Assembly: GCF_001194135.2 (NCBI RefSeq)
Contig: NC_068987.1
Span: 41,939,390 to 41,979,787 of the forward strand
Source of the DNA: Octopus bimaculoides
Taxonomy: Eukaryota
Reading direction: 5' to 3'
DNA: 40,398 bases
In this document: positions 22,400 to 33,321 of the stretch, one piece after another
Layout of the letters: each line of letters opens with the position of its first letter
Numbering within the stretch: position 1 is the stretch's first letter
Notes under the pieces: model-generated
What the model saw: only the letters and a program-made list of their open reading frames with translations
What the model was told of the DNA's origin: nothing
Database searches by the model: none
Program-made: the position numbers and the translations under genes

Positions 22400-23010
22400 T
22401 AACTCTTAGGGAGAGGCCCTTTCTTACCAACTGAACTTTGCCTAGCCCATTCTTATTCTAGAAGCCTTGCTCTCAGAGCACACACCACCATTGGTGACTT
22501 GGTCATCTAGGTAATAGAAGCTGTCTACTACTTCTAAGGTTCCCCCTCGATATTTGACGAAGACTACTTTCTTTGTTAACCTTCATCTGATACTGCTGCA
22601 CCTGTTATGTGTCTCTAGCTTGCACTGGGTACACATTAAGAAATGTCTACCTGTCTTTTCTACATACTGAACAGGGCATCCCGCTGAAGGGATTTCTGAT
22701 TTGTCTGGTTTCTTACCAAGACTATGGTCTTTGCTAAATTAACTTTAAGGCCCTTTGATTCCGGACCTTGCTTCCACACCTGAAATTTCTGGTAGTGATT
22801 CAGCTTTAAGAACAAGGTCATCAGCAAACAGGAGCTCCCAAGGGCAGCTGGTCTTAGGTTCCTCTGTTATGGCCTGGAGGACTCTCATGAACAAGAGGGG
22901 GCTCCAAACTGATCCTTGGTGAACTATCTGTACACTAAATTCATTGCCATAACATCCCTGTACACAGCTTCCACACTGATCACTAGATAAGGGAGCGGGG
23001 TACCTTGTCA
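22400..23010 (-). mobile_element. Degraded RTE RT fragment between the PPIE and TPR 3' ends
   Basis: ORF 22745-23014 contains VHQGSVWSPLLF...CPWELLFADDL, homologous to 6120-6240. Boundaries approximate. Confidence 0.85.
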
Positions 23011-23603
23011 ACAAAAGCCAAGTAGAGAAGTTTATTTTTGGTTAAGTACTTCTAAAAATAAAAAAAGGCTGAGCTTTTGGTATGTTTGCTGTGAAAGTTA
23101 GAATTGGCAACATTGACCTAGAAAAAAATTAAACATGAGCCCAAAGAAATGCTAAATAGATATGGAAGTATCTGAGGAAAGCTTAAAGTAAAAGAGAAAA
23201 GGGGAAGCAAACAAACTTTGAGTTGTTGCTTCAGACTGCAACAAAGTGTTTATGCCTGTAAAATGCAGACTTCTACCAATGTATGGTAGAAGTTACTGAA
23301 AAAAATAAGGTAAGTACAAGCTATTGGACATGTAATAACAACCTGCATAAAAAGTAGAGCTTGGCAGTTAAGGTATTTGGTTGGTTGGAGAATGTCACAA
23401 GTCAAAAAGCTCAACAAATATTTCAACGTCTGATCCCTGCTGTATGAAATCAATAATTTAACAAGATATAAGGTGACCTTCTTAGTGGTGGTGCAAAAAC
23501 AAAAAGCACATAGTACAGCCTACAAAGTGTCATATTACTCTCACTTGTTATTTTTTTAATAACAAAACAACAATTAAAGAAATTATTAAAATCTAGAATT
23601 ATA

Positions 23604-23609
23604 TTTATT
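23604..23609 (-). terminator. TPR: Possible TPR polyadenylation signal (AATAAA on the minus strand)
   Basis: tttatt on the + strand, about 116 nt past the stop. The context is AT-rich, so chance occurrence is possible. Confidence 0.35.
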
Positions 23610-23724
23610 TTACAAATATTTCATCAGTAATAGTTTACAGAGCAGTAAAGCAGAAATATTTCTTATGGCAGGGAAATATACAAATGACACTTGAATGGAT
23701 TGAGAAAGGATTGGTTAGGTGTCA

Positions 23725-24137
23725 CTAGTTCTTTCGTCGAAGACTTCGACCTCGAACCCCAGGGGTTCGAGAAGGTCCCCGGGATCTTCCTACGTGACCT
23801 CTTGCTATTGGACTTCGGGTTGGATGGCCACGCATTATAGCACCTCTGCCTCTTGTAGCACAGCGTACACCCCGTGTACTATATATCATACTACCACGAG
23901 AAGTGGATGTAGCTGAAGCTGGGCTGGGGTTAGTGCTAGGGGTAGGTGTGGGGTTAGATGCCCAAACAAATTCTTCACGTCCTTTTCCTGATGATAAACC
24001 AGCACTTGTACTTGGTGTAGAAATTGTACTGGATGAGGTTGGATTCTGTTGAAGTGGTGTAGCAGGTACTTGGTGTTGCTGACTTGCTCCAGGAGACTGG
24101 TCCCACACAATTGGTTGAATTTTACTTTTGCGCAAAC
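23725..24137 (-). CDS. TPR: TPR last exon, (G)LRKSKIQPIVWDQSP...RG-rich tail...SLRRKN*
   Basis: Poly-T then AAG acceptor at 24138-39. TAG stop at 23725-27. In phase with the upstream exons. An S/T/P-rich stretch followed by an RG-rich tail, as in TPR. Confidence 0.8.
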
Positions 24138-25521
24138 CTTTAAAAAAAAAAGTTTAACATAAATTAGGTTGTTATTTTCAAGACTATACAAGTTCTTACA
24201 TTTAATTTCTCCTTAACATTTCCATTTATTATTGGTTAAATATGAACAGCCATGATTTCTTCATTCCACTCCTGACAACTAGCTGTTTTAATTCCAGTTC
24301 CTTCCTTACTAGACATATTGACATAAATCATAACACAGTATTAAGCAACATCAGCATGATTACTTAACTTATGGATTTCATTAACATCGATTTAGTCTTG
24401 AAAAATAATATTGGAGTTATGTACCACAAATGTTCTAGCAAGTCACACTAAACTGATTATGATGCTTATGTGTAGACATCATCTGACTTGCCAATGATAG
24501 CACAGAGGTACAACAGCTTCTATTAATGGCTATTCTAACAGTTGCATAGCATACAGATGACAAATTTTAACAAGATAGGATGGTATTCATCCTTATTATA
24601 AAAAGAACTCATTGCATAAAACTATAATGTTTCATACCAATAACATTGATGGCTAGGGACCAATAAGCTTTGAAACAGATTGTGGCGGTGTTAGAGATGC
24701 TCAATGGAATCTTGGAGGCCTAGGTTAGGTCACAAAATTTCATAAACCTCATATAAGCAGTGAGGAGTTAATTTTCCCTGAAGTTTCCGAAGTTCTTGCC
24801 AAATATAACCAACTCAATTTCACTAAGTAACAATGAAACTCAGAGGCAAATTAGCTGAAAATGTACACTTTTATAGCATTTTACAAACAACAAAGTTTAC
24901 ATTATGGCCTGATGAATTGATTCAGCTAAGAAATGAATCTTTGCTACTTGCTATATGTATTTCCCAAAAGCAAAACACTCAATCAAGAATTATTATTTGC
25001 AAGACAACGTGTAACTGATATAAGAGGAGAGTTTATATTTGCCTTCTCTGCATAGTTCTTTTAAAAGCAAAAAAGATCACTTTCAAAAATAGTTGTTTGG
25101 GCAACTGTATCAATGACCGGTTTGTCATAAAAATCTTTTAGTTTAAAAGAAAAACCCACAAACATACATATGTATCTAATGTTATTACTGTCTATTGTGG
25201 CATTCACCACCACAATTTAATTGCAAAAATGGCTCAGTGAATTAATTTTTTCAAGAAAGTTACGACAGCTGTGAACAAAATTGCATCTTAATGCAAAATT
25301 AATGAAGAGTATTTTCAAAAGTAACTGCTTTGTGCTTAAGTTCAATGGTTGATGGAAAGCTAACTTATTCGACATGTTCTTATGGAGTTTTTGAATATAA
25401 ATAGTGTCTCAAGAGAACATGACATTGTCCGTCTGTTCAATATTATCTAGAATGTTTAAAAATGAATTTGAAATTACAATGGAATAACATTTATTTCAAC
25501 ATTAGTATTTAAGCACGACAG

Positions 25522-25811
25522 CGTCGCCTTACTGGCACGTGAAAAAACATTTGAGTGAGGTTGTTGCCAGTGCAGGTGGCAAGTAAAAAACACCATTTTG
25601 AGCGTGGCTGTTGCCAGTATTGCCTGACTGGCCCTTGTGCTGGTGACACATAAAAGCACCCACTACACTCTCAGAGTGGTTGGCATTAGGAAGGGTATCC
25701 AGCTGTAGAAACTCTGACAGATCAGATTGGAGCCTGGTGCAGCCATCTGGTTCGCTAGTCTTCAGTCAAATCATCCAACCCATGCTAGCATGGAAAGCGG
25801 ACATTAAACGA
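25522..25811 (+). mobile_element. RTE 3' tail copy (truncated LINE or SINE)
   Basis: Collinear with 10135-10446 and 36060-36373. Confidence 0.8.
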
Positions 25812-26644
25812 ACAAATAACTGTAGGGCAACATGAGTTTTATTAATTTGAAAAGTTATTAAAAAAAAGAAACTGAAAATATTAGGGATGAAATTTGGCAA
25901 AATTTTTTGTGATCACCTGGAGATGATCCTTAAAGATAGAGTGAAAAGAATTCGGTATCTTCTTTCACTGGATGTTCCAGATTGGGTAATTAATCCACTT
26001 TTAAATAAGATGATGATGGTCCTTTTTAGGAGAGCTTGTTTAATGATTTGAAATTATAAAATGTTTCAGATTGGTATTTTGTGTTATGGATATTTGTTTC
26101 AAACTACTTTCCCAACATCATATTTGGTAGAGAGAGGTTTTGGTGCTGCAATTTGCAAATTTTTAAACAAGATTTATAGTTTCCACTCACAAACATTGTA
26201 CACTTGACATTAATACACCGATAACTCTCCACTAAGCTCATCCAACATGGTAATATTTACATGAATTTTATTAATTTTTATAAATCCTTTGAAAAGATTT
26301 TGGAATCGATGAAGGTGCAATAAGTTATGTCATTACAGTCAGAGGAATTTCACCAAGACAGTTCAGCTGTAAAAAAATTGTTTGCAAAATTTTTAATTGC
26401 TTAATCTTCAAACATTTTCAATTTATATACTGCACACAAGTATTAGTAGTTGTTTTGACTTTCCATATCATGTATATCAGTAGTCTTTTAATGTCAGGGT
26501 ATGGCTAAACTTTATGGCAGCTGGTGTATACCAGCCTGTATGTTATCAAACTGATATTAGTTAAAGTTTAAAGGAAACAGCCCCACCCCCACCAAAACAA
26601 GAAAGAAAGAAAAAAAAAACCCAACAACAACAACCAATTCTCAC

Positions 26645-26746
26645 CTTGAGGATCGGTACTGCTGCCACCGTCATCTTCAGAAGCTGATGGTAAACCTTGT
26701 TCACCAGATGTAGAAGCAGCCTGACCCTCACGGACAGTCCTGGAAG
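26645..26746 (-). CDS. TPR: TPR exon, (A)SRTVREGQAASTSGEQGLPSASEDDGGSSTDPQ
   Basis: ttacttAG / GTGAGA, 102 nt, phase 1 to 1, open frame. Confidence 0.75.
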
Positions 26747-27245
26747 CTAAGTAAACAGAACACCTTATTTAACTGTACAGGTTGGTGAGAGAGTAATGGT
26801 GGTGGTAGTAATAGTTGTTACATACACTGGAATGAGGTGGGGAAGTGAAATGACTAGTAAGTAAACAAGACCAAATTGTACACAACAGTTTGATGCCTGA
26901 GAGAGATCTATTTCTTTTAAGGGTAGGAACAGCTAGATAAAGTTAATAGTGTGTTTGAATTTTTAAAATTCAAATGTTGACAAAAGAGTTTCAATGGAGA
27001 AAAACTTGGAATAGGACAAGACTAGGTAAGAGGAATTAAGAAACTGAAACAGAGATGATGGGATGAGATATTTGTTCAGTTGTTTGTATGTCTGTATGTG
27101 CGGGCTTGATAAATGTGTTATTGAGGTATTGTTTTACAGTTGGATACTCTTCCTTAAGTTAACCATTACTGACTTTTCAGGAATGGGTGGATGGTAATAT
27201 TGATAGATACATATAGATGGATATAGGTAGAAAGACAGAAATTAC

Positions 27246-27298
27246 CCATTTCTTCTGTAACTACATCTTCTTTTGGGGTGTCAGTTGATGAGGCAGAA
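27246..27298 (-). CDS. TPR: TPR exon, (S)SASSTDTPKEDVVTEEM
   Basis: ttttacAG / GTAATT, 53 nt, phase 2 to 1, fits both neighbours. Confidence 0.7.
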
Positions 27299-28421
27299 CT
27301 GTAAAATAAAATGACTGAATACAGGAACAATTTATTTTAGGATCAATATTAACTAATAACTATCACAAACATACTGAACTGGTTAAAATAAAGGGCCGAA
27401 GGAATATATGTACCAGTAATAAATATATCTAGTGACATGGTCTCAGGTTCAGTCCCACTGTGACACCTTGGGCAGGTATTTTCTGGATTTGGTAGGAAGT
27501 TGTTGTGGGTACATGTGTAAGTGCTTATGCCGCCTAACACATTTTACTGTGGCAATTTCAACTATCGTTACAGTTTCCTTTATAACATTGGCTGTTTATT
27601 TCTTGCAGTTGTCAACTTCAAGCAAAGAAGGAATTGAAGGCCTTAAGCACAGGTCCTCCCTTCAGAGCAAACCAATAAAGGAAAAAAAAAGCTAATTAAT
27701 AAAGAGATAAATTTTTCTTGCATACCAGAGGAGCCTATATTGTGGAATTTGTTTTACCAAAAGGATTAACAGGCAGCATAATATGAAACCAAAATTAGCC
27801 TATAATTTCATTCACTTTTGCAAATTTTGGAGAAATATAAAAACAATTGTGACTGTGGCTGGAAGGGAACCTGTCAAATGTAATTCTTATTTTCTCACTT
27901 TGTTTTGAATTAATCATGCATTATCTTAGAGCTTTGAAGTTTTGATGATGTGATTGTTTATTTTTAAGTGTGACAGGCCAGATCTGGCTAGTTTGAACAT
28001 AAAGCAAGTGGAATATTTTGGATGGATATGGTCGGTTTAAATGCTAAAGGGTTAAAGAAAGCTTACCAAATTATGTATTTAGTGCATCTGCACTAAATAC
28101 ATAATTTTAAACAAGTTGTCATTTAACAACAAATTGTTCTTCATTCAGTAAACCTACAATGAAAGGTGTCTTCACTTTTTGTATTCCTTAGACTATGCTA
28201 TTCAGCATTTTCTTTTTTTTAAGACAGTAGAGGGTGAATTGAAGGAATTTAATTGTTGTTTCTTGTGAAGCAAATGATTATGTTACAAGCAGGCAACAAT
28301 GGAACATTTGTGTGGAGGCAGTTTCCTTGATATGTTTATTTACAAGTTAGTCTTGATCTGCTGGACCTAGAAGTGTGGCATTGTGTGTTAGTAATAGAAG
28401 GGTGTGTATGTTATGTATAGT

Positions 28422-28795
28422 TGTTGGCACTCCGTCACTTACGACGTCGAGAGTTCCAGTTGATCCGATCAACGGAACAGCCTGCTCGTGAAATTAACGT
28501 GCAAGTGGCTGAGCACTCCACAGACACGTGTACCTTTAACGTAGTTCTCGGGGATATTCAGCGTGACACCCTGTGACAAGGCTGACCCTTTGAATTACAG
28601 GCACAAGAGAAACAGGAAGTAAGAGTGAGAGAAAGTTGTGGTGAAAGAGTACAGCAGGGTTCGCCACCATCCCCTGCCGGAGCCTCGTGGAGCCTTAGGT
28701 GTTTTCGCTCAATAAACACTTACAACGCCCGATCTGGGATTCGAAACCGCGATCCTATGACCACGAGTTCGCTGCCCTAACCACTGGGCCTCCAC
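28422..28795 (-). mobile_element. Full-length tRNA-derived SINE with 12-bp TSD GTTATGTATAGT
   Basis: Minus-strand head ggcccagtggttaggg (A box) and ggtttcgaatccc (B box, 28736-28748). CAA tail. TSD at 28410-28421 and 28796-28807. Confidence 0.88.
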
Positions 28796-28865
28796 GTTAT
28801 GTATAGTAAACATGAAGAAAATTGGACACATATGGAAGTGAAACAAAAATCTCTTCTTGACTTAC

Positions 28866-28980
28866 CTGGTCCCCTCTTTTGCAGATGGTAGTTCCTTATT
28901 TGTACTGTCTCCTTGTAATAGCTGTTGGGGAGGGGTGGAGCTTACAGCAAAGTTACTGAAAACCACAGTTGCAGAGCCAC
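28866..28980 (-). CDS. TPR: TPR exon, (G)GSATVVFSNFAVSSTPPQQLLQGDSTNKELPSAKEGT
   Basis: ttttttcaaAG / GTAAGT, 115 nt, phase 1 to 2. Confidence 0.72.
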
Positions 28981-29009
28981 CTTTGAAAAAATAACAGAAA
29001 CACAGATAA

Positions 29010-29520
29010 TGGTTTCAAATTTTGGTACAAGGCCAGTCATTTTTCTTAGCGGGTTGGGTTAGTCAATTACATTGACCTCGGAGCTCAACTGGTACTTATT
29101 TTATTAGCCTCAAAGGGATGAAAAGCAAAACTGACCTTGGCAGGAGTAACAACATTTCTGATTTAGGCACAAGGCCAACAGTTTTGAGGGGAAGAGGTTG
29201 ATATTGAACCCAGTACTTGACTGGTACTTTTATCAACTCCCAGAGATAAGAAAGGCAACATTGTCCTCAGTGAGATTTGAACTGAGAACATAAAGGGCTG
29301 AAAGAAATGATGTAAAGCATATTTTCTAAAACCTTAACAATTCCACCAGTTTACTGCAATCATAATAATTATTATTTTTATCATAAACACAAGGCCCAAA
29401 ACTCAGAGGGGGGAGTTGACACCATCTCCCCCAGTAATTTATCTTTCTGATTTAGGCCCAAGACCAACAAATTTGGGGTGAGTGGCAAGTCAACACTATC
29501 AACCCCAGTATCCAACACCC
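29010..29520 (+). repeat. Three tandem partial copies of the ttt(t/a)ggcacaaggcc repeat family
   Basis: Heads near 29020, 29160 and 29450 (plus a remnant near 29385), each followed by a ccccagta-type motif. Confidence 0.6.
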
Positions 29521-29598
29521 AAAAATGTCATGCGTACACAAACACAACTACACACACAGGTCCAGAATAATATAACATTTCAAAAAGATTTCACTCAC

Positions 29599-29694
29599 CA
29601 GAAGTAGTCACTTGATGAGATGTGAAAGGTAAGTTACGGACTTGACCATCATCAAACTGCGAAAGGTCCATGCGAGTATCATCCATGCCCAAAG
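29599..29694 (-). CDS. TPR: TPR exon, (A)LGMDDTRMDLSQFDDGQVRNLPFTSHQVTTS
   Basis: aattttAG / GTGAGT, 96 nt, phase 1 to 1. Confidence 0.8.
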
Positions 29695-30619
29695 CTAAAA
29701 TTTAGATATATCAAATATACCTGAATATATACTTTGATTTAGCATTTTATTGTGTTTATACATTTAAGTTGCATGTATTTGAAGTAGAAAGAAACATAGA
29801 TTCATAAATGACCAAATTAAAAATGGCGACCTTCATGCTCTTCCACAGTAACTTTAACTGAATAAGTGAGGTGAAATGTTTACAACTGGCATTGAATTTG
29901 GTTTGTCAGTACCATGTTGCTACTGGCAGCTATCCATGAGCATACAGTACTACATACATGCATGTGGCCACCTACATATACACAAGGTGTTTTTTCAATC
30001 TATGTAGAGAGTAAAGAATAAAATGGAGAGAACTGTAAGGGTGAGGGACAGAAACAAACCAAACCAAACATAATGAAGAAAAAGGTAAACATAATAACTG
30101 ATGTTAGTACCCAGTATTTTATGTGACTTTGAACTATTTAAAAATATTAAATGGATCATCACTATCCACCACTACGAACCACCACCATTGGTACACCAAC
30201 AAGAATATAGCCCAGTGGTTGAATAAGAAGTTACAGTGTAATACCAAAAGTATTAATGTTATAAAATAGTTTTCAAATATGAACGGACAACTGTCATGAA
30301 TCCAGTTAGTCGAGTCAGTAATATTTCTAACTTACCACAGCATCTCAGTCACTTTTATGGAATAATGCTCAACATTCAATAAGTTTGAGAATTAGCTGTC
30401 ATAGAGACCTAACCATAAATATCATTCTTATTAACAACATTCATCTCACTACAACCAGATACAACAGTTTTTATTTCTAGTGCAACCTTTGCTGATAGAG
30501 ACCATCATAACTTTCTATTCCACTAAAGTTGATTAGGATTACAACATGGTCATCAACAAGAAGCAACCTTTACTAACAAAATAAAGCACCAATCAAGGAA
30601 TGTGCATAAACTACTTTAC

Positions 30620-30696
30620 CTCCCTGTGATTCTAGCTCAGAGTGGCTGACTCCTTCTCCTGTTCCAAAGACAAAGCGTTGAGGCACTTGTGGATAG
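30620..30696 (-). CDS. TPR: TPR exon, (S)YPQVPQRFVFGTGEGVSHSELESQG
   Basis: ctctctttAG / GTAAAG, 77 nt, phase 2 to 1. Resembles human TPR HSPQVAGVPRFRFG...SHSDL (recalled). Confidence 0.85.
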
Positions 30697-32247
30697 CTAA
30701 AGAGAGAGAAATTGTAAAATAAGCAAAGACCATTTTTAGCTTCAGATTTTAGAGTGTTTGATAAGACAGTTTAAGACAAGCTACGATCCTATATAGGATT
30801 TTACTATTGTCAAAACACCAGTTTATTTCTTTTCTGGACAAGTAATCTAAGCATATGTGTTACTATTATTTTTTATACTTTACTTTGATCGGTATATTTT
30901 ATAATCACTTCCACATCCTATATATTTATACAAATCTCTTGTCAGATTTTTCTTACTTGGAACTGAATGAAAAAATGGATTTCAGTCAACATTTTAAACA
31001 CCCATCCAATTTTTAAGAGATTCTGTTAAAGACCATTATTTGTAATGAAAAATCTTAGAAAAATATGTAGCATTATAGTTTTGGGATGAACAGAAGTTAA
31101 TCAGAACACTTTTTCTCCACCTGTACCTCCCTCATTCCAATTTCTATTCTCTTGTTTTTACTTCTCTACTGTAGTCCTATTCAGTAAAAGGGGATATTAA
31201 GCTTGCAAGTGCACGGACATTAAATGATGATTTCCCAAATACCCATGCCAGCATAGAAAGCGGATATTAAATGATGATGATTTAATTGGTGTCAACATTA
31301 ATGATGCATGTAAATCAGTCCATTAGAGAAAAAGAGATAGAGTAGCAACAGAAAGGAAGTAGAAATGTGAACAGACAGAGAGAGAGAGAGAGTGTCGATG
31401 GAAAGAGTGTTCTGGTTAAATCCTGTTTACTCTACAAGGGAGCATCTACAGACTTAGTGAGGGATATATGTGGTTGCACAACTGGCTAGAAATAGTAACC
31501 AAATCTTCAAATTGCATCCACTATTATTTTACAAAAAGGAAGAATAAATAGGATGTGGTTCTAGATGCCTGAAAATAAGTTAGGGTAGCCATGGTTAGAA
31601 TTCCTTTGATCATACATCTGTTTGTTCAGGTCTGACCTACCGCCTTTTAGGATGATGTTAATTACATTGAATTTAATATTTTATTGATCTTTGGATGAAA
31701 AGCAAAATGAACACTGGTAGAATCTGAACTAAAAACATAAAAGGAATGTAATGAAAGAACACAAGACATTTCCTCTGATGTTCTGACAATTCTGTCGTCA
31801 CTTGACTGAATTCATAAAAGTATCAAACATTAGGAAACCAATCCAATGACGCTGGTATGGAAAGAATGCAAAGGAAAAAAAACAACAATTTTTGTATATT
31901 TTCCTTTGTTTTATCCCATTATCATAAATGGCTACTGTGGAAGAAAATATTTTACAAAAGAGAGTTCTTCCAAGCCATTCATTCATTTTAGACATAGTAG
32001 CTGTCATAGATATATTTTAGACAACATTTTGTTGGACAAACAAATTCTTCAACAATAATTCTATAACCATTGCTGTATTTCTTGTATTCTCCATTTGGTT
32101 CTTGTATTTTCTGACTAAAAACAATCTTTGCTTCACTGAACTCTATCTAATCCACATCTAAACTTCTTCAAAGCCCTCACTTCACCACTGATAACCTTGT
32201 GACTGATTGTGCCAACATTTATGCAATAATTTTGAAGTTGGGCTTAC

Positions 32248-32348
32248 CTTAAAGCTTCTGCAAAGCCATCACCACGACGAGGAACAAAAAGTGTTGGTGT
32301 GCTGGGAACAGTGCAGTCATCTCCTTCATCAAAAGGTCCAGGTGGTCC
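32248..32348 (-). CDS. TPR: TPR exon, [33 protein letters not shown](S)
   Basis: aaatAG / GTAAGC, 101 nt, phase 0 to 2. Close match to the conserved TPR motif [27 protein letters not shown] (recalled); this is the main basis for the gene call. Confidence 0.9.
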
Positions 32349-32643
32349 CTATTTAATAGTGATTAAATAGATTTTAGTGGTGGTCACATGATTATACCAT
32401 TCAATGTCAAACACTGACTTCAATAACAATACAGACACATTAATGAAAGTGTTGATATTGTAATGAGCAGACATCCTTGAACCAGTGGAAGGTTGAAGAC
32501 ATAACAGCTGAGGGTGAGAATGGAAACAGATACACAAAGCTACAGTGACTTAGAAAGGATTTGACATCCAGAATTGCAAAGCAAAACTACTTTAAGCCTC
32601 CATTTTTGTCCTTCCTCTGCTGTGCTAAATAGAAACAGTAAGA

Positions 32644-32710
32644 GGCAATGAGAGATCCTCTACAAGACAATGAGGAAGGATCCTCTATGAGACAATGAGG
32701 AAAGATCTTT
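32644..32710 (+). repeat. Short tandem repeat, about 3 units of ~24 bp (gacaatgaggaaggatcctcta)
   Basis: Directly visible. Confidence 0.75.
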
Positions 32711-33004
32711 CATGTAAGACAGTTTATCAGCTAGACATAGCTAAATCTCCCATTCCATTTACCCCTTTAAATAAAAAAAAGACACATTAGGTAAAGGCTG
32801 ACCCAAAATAATGATTAATAATGACTAACATTCCAATAAATCAGAGTTACTGGAGGACAAATCATTCTAATGGCTGAGAGATTAAGGTGTAGGATGCTTG
32901 GCCTCATGGTTAAAAATTCAAACCATACTACACTTGCCATATGGCTTGTCTTAGCCTGGCTAACACACAACTTTCCTTTCTAGGGCCTAAAAACTTAGGA
33001 CCCC

Positions 33005-33310
33005 GCTCCATATATCTTTACTTGCTTCACTCATTAGACTATGGCCATGTTGGGGCACCACCTTGAAGAACTTCTAGTTGAATGAATTGACCCTATCCAA
33101 TTGATTGCTTTTGCGGAAACACAAACACACTCAACATCAGTTGTCAAGTGATGTTGGAGGACAAACACAGACACAAAAATATACACACACATATCTATGA
33201 CAGGCTTCTTTCAGTTTCTGTCTACCAAACCCACTCACAAGGCTTTCATCAGCTGAGGCTTATAATAGAAGACACTTTATCCAAGGTGCCATGTAATGGG
33301 ACTAAACCCA
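33005..33310 (-). mobile_element. Degraded SINE of the same family as 39994-40398, head truncated
   Basis: ggcttctttcagtttctgtctacc...ccaaggtgcca...gggactaaacc is the reverse complement of the family body. Confidence 0.65.
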
Positions 33311-33321
33311 GGTATATTTAA

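Noticed and set aside
27550-27659. Strong minus-strand polypyrimidine tract plus AG that could be an extra TPR exon (REDLCLRPSIPSLLEVDNCKK*)
   Set aside because: All three frames hit stops, no donor of the right phase was found, and the neighbouring exons already join in frame. A poison exon cannot be excluded without RNA data.
28700-28795. tRNA gene from the A/B boxes (also 39994-40070)
   Set aside because: No full cloverleaf or acceptor stem. Both continue into SINE bodies with tails.
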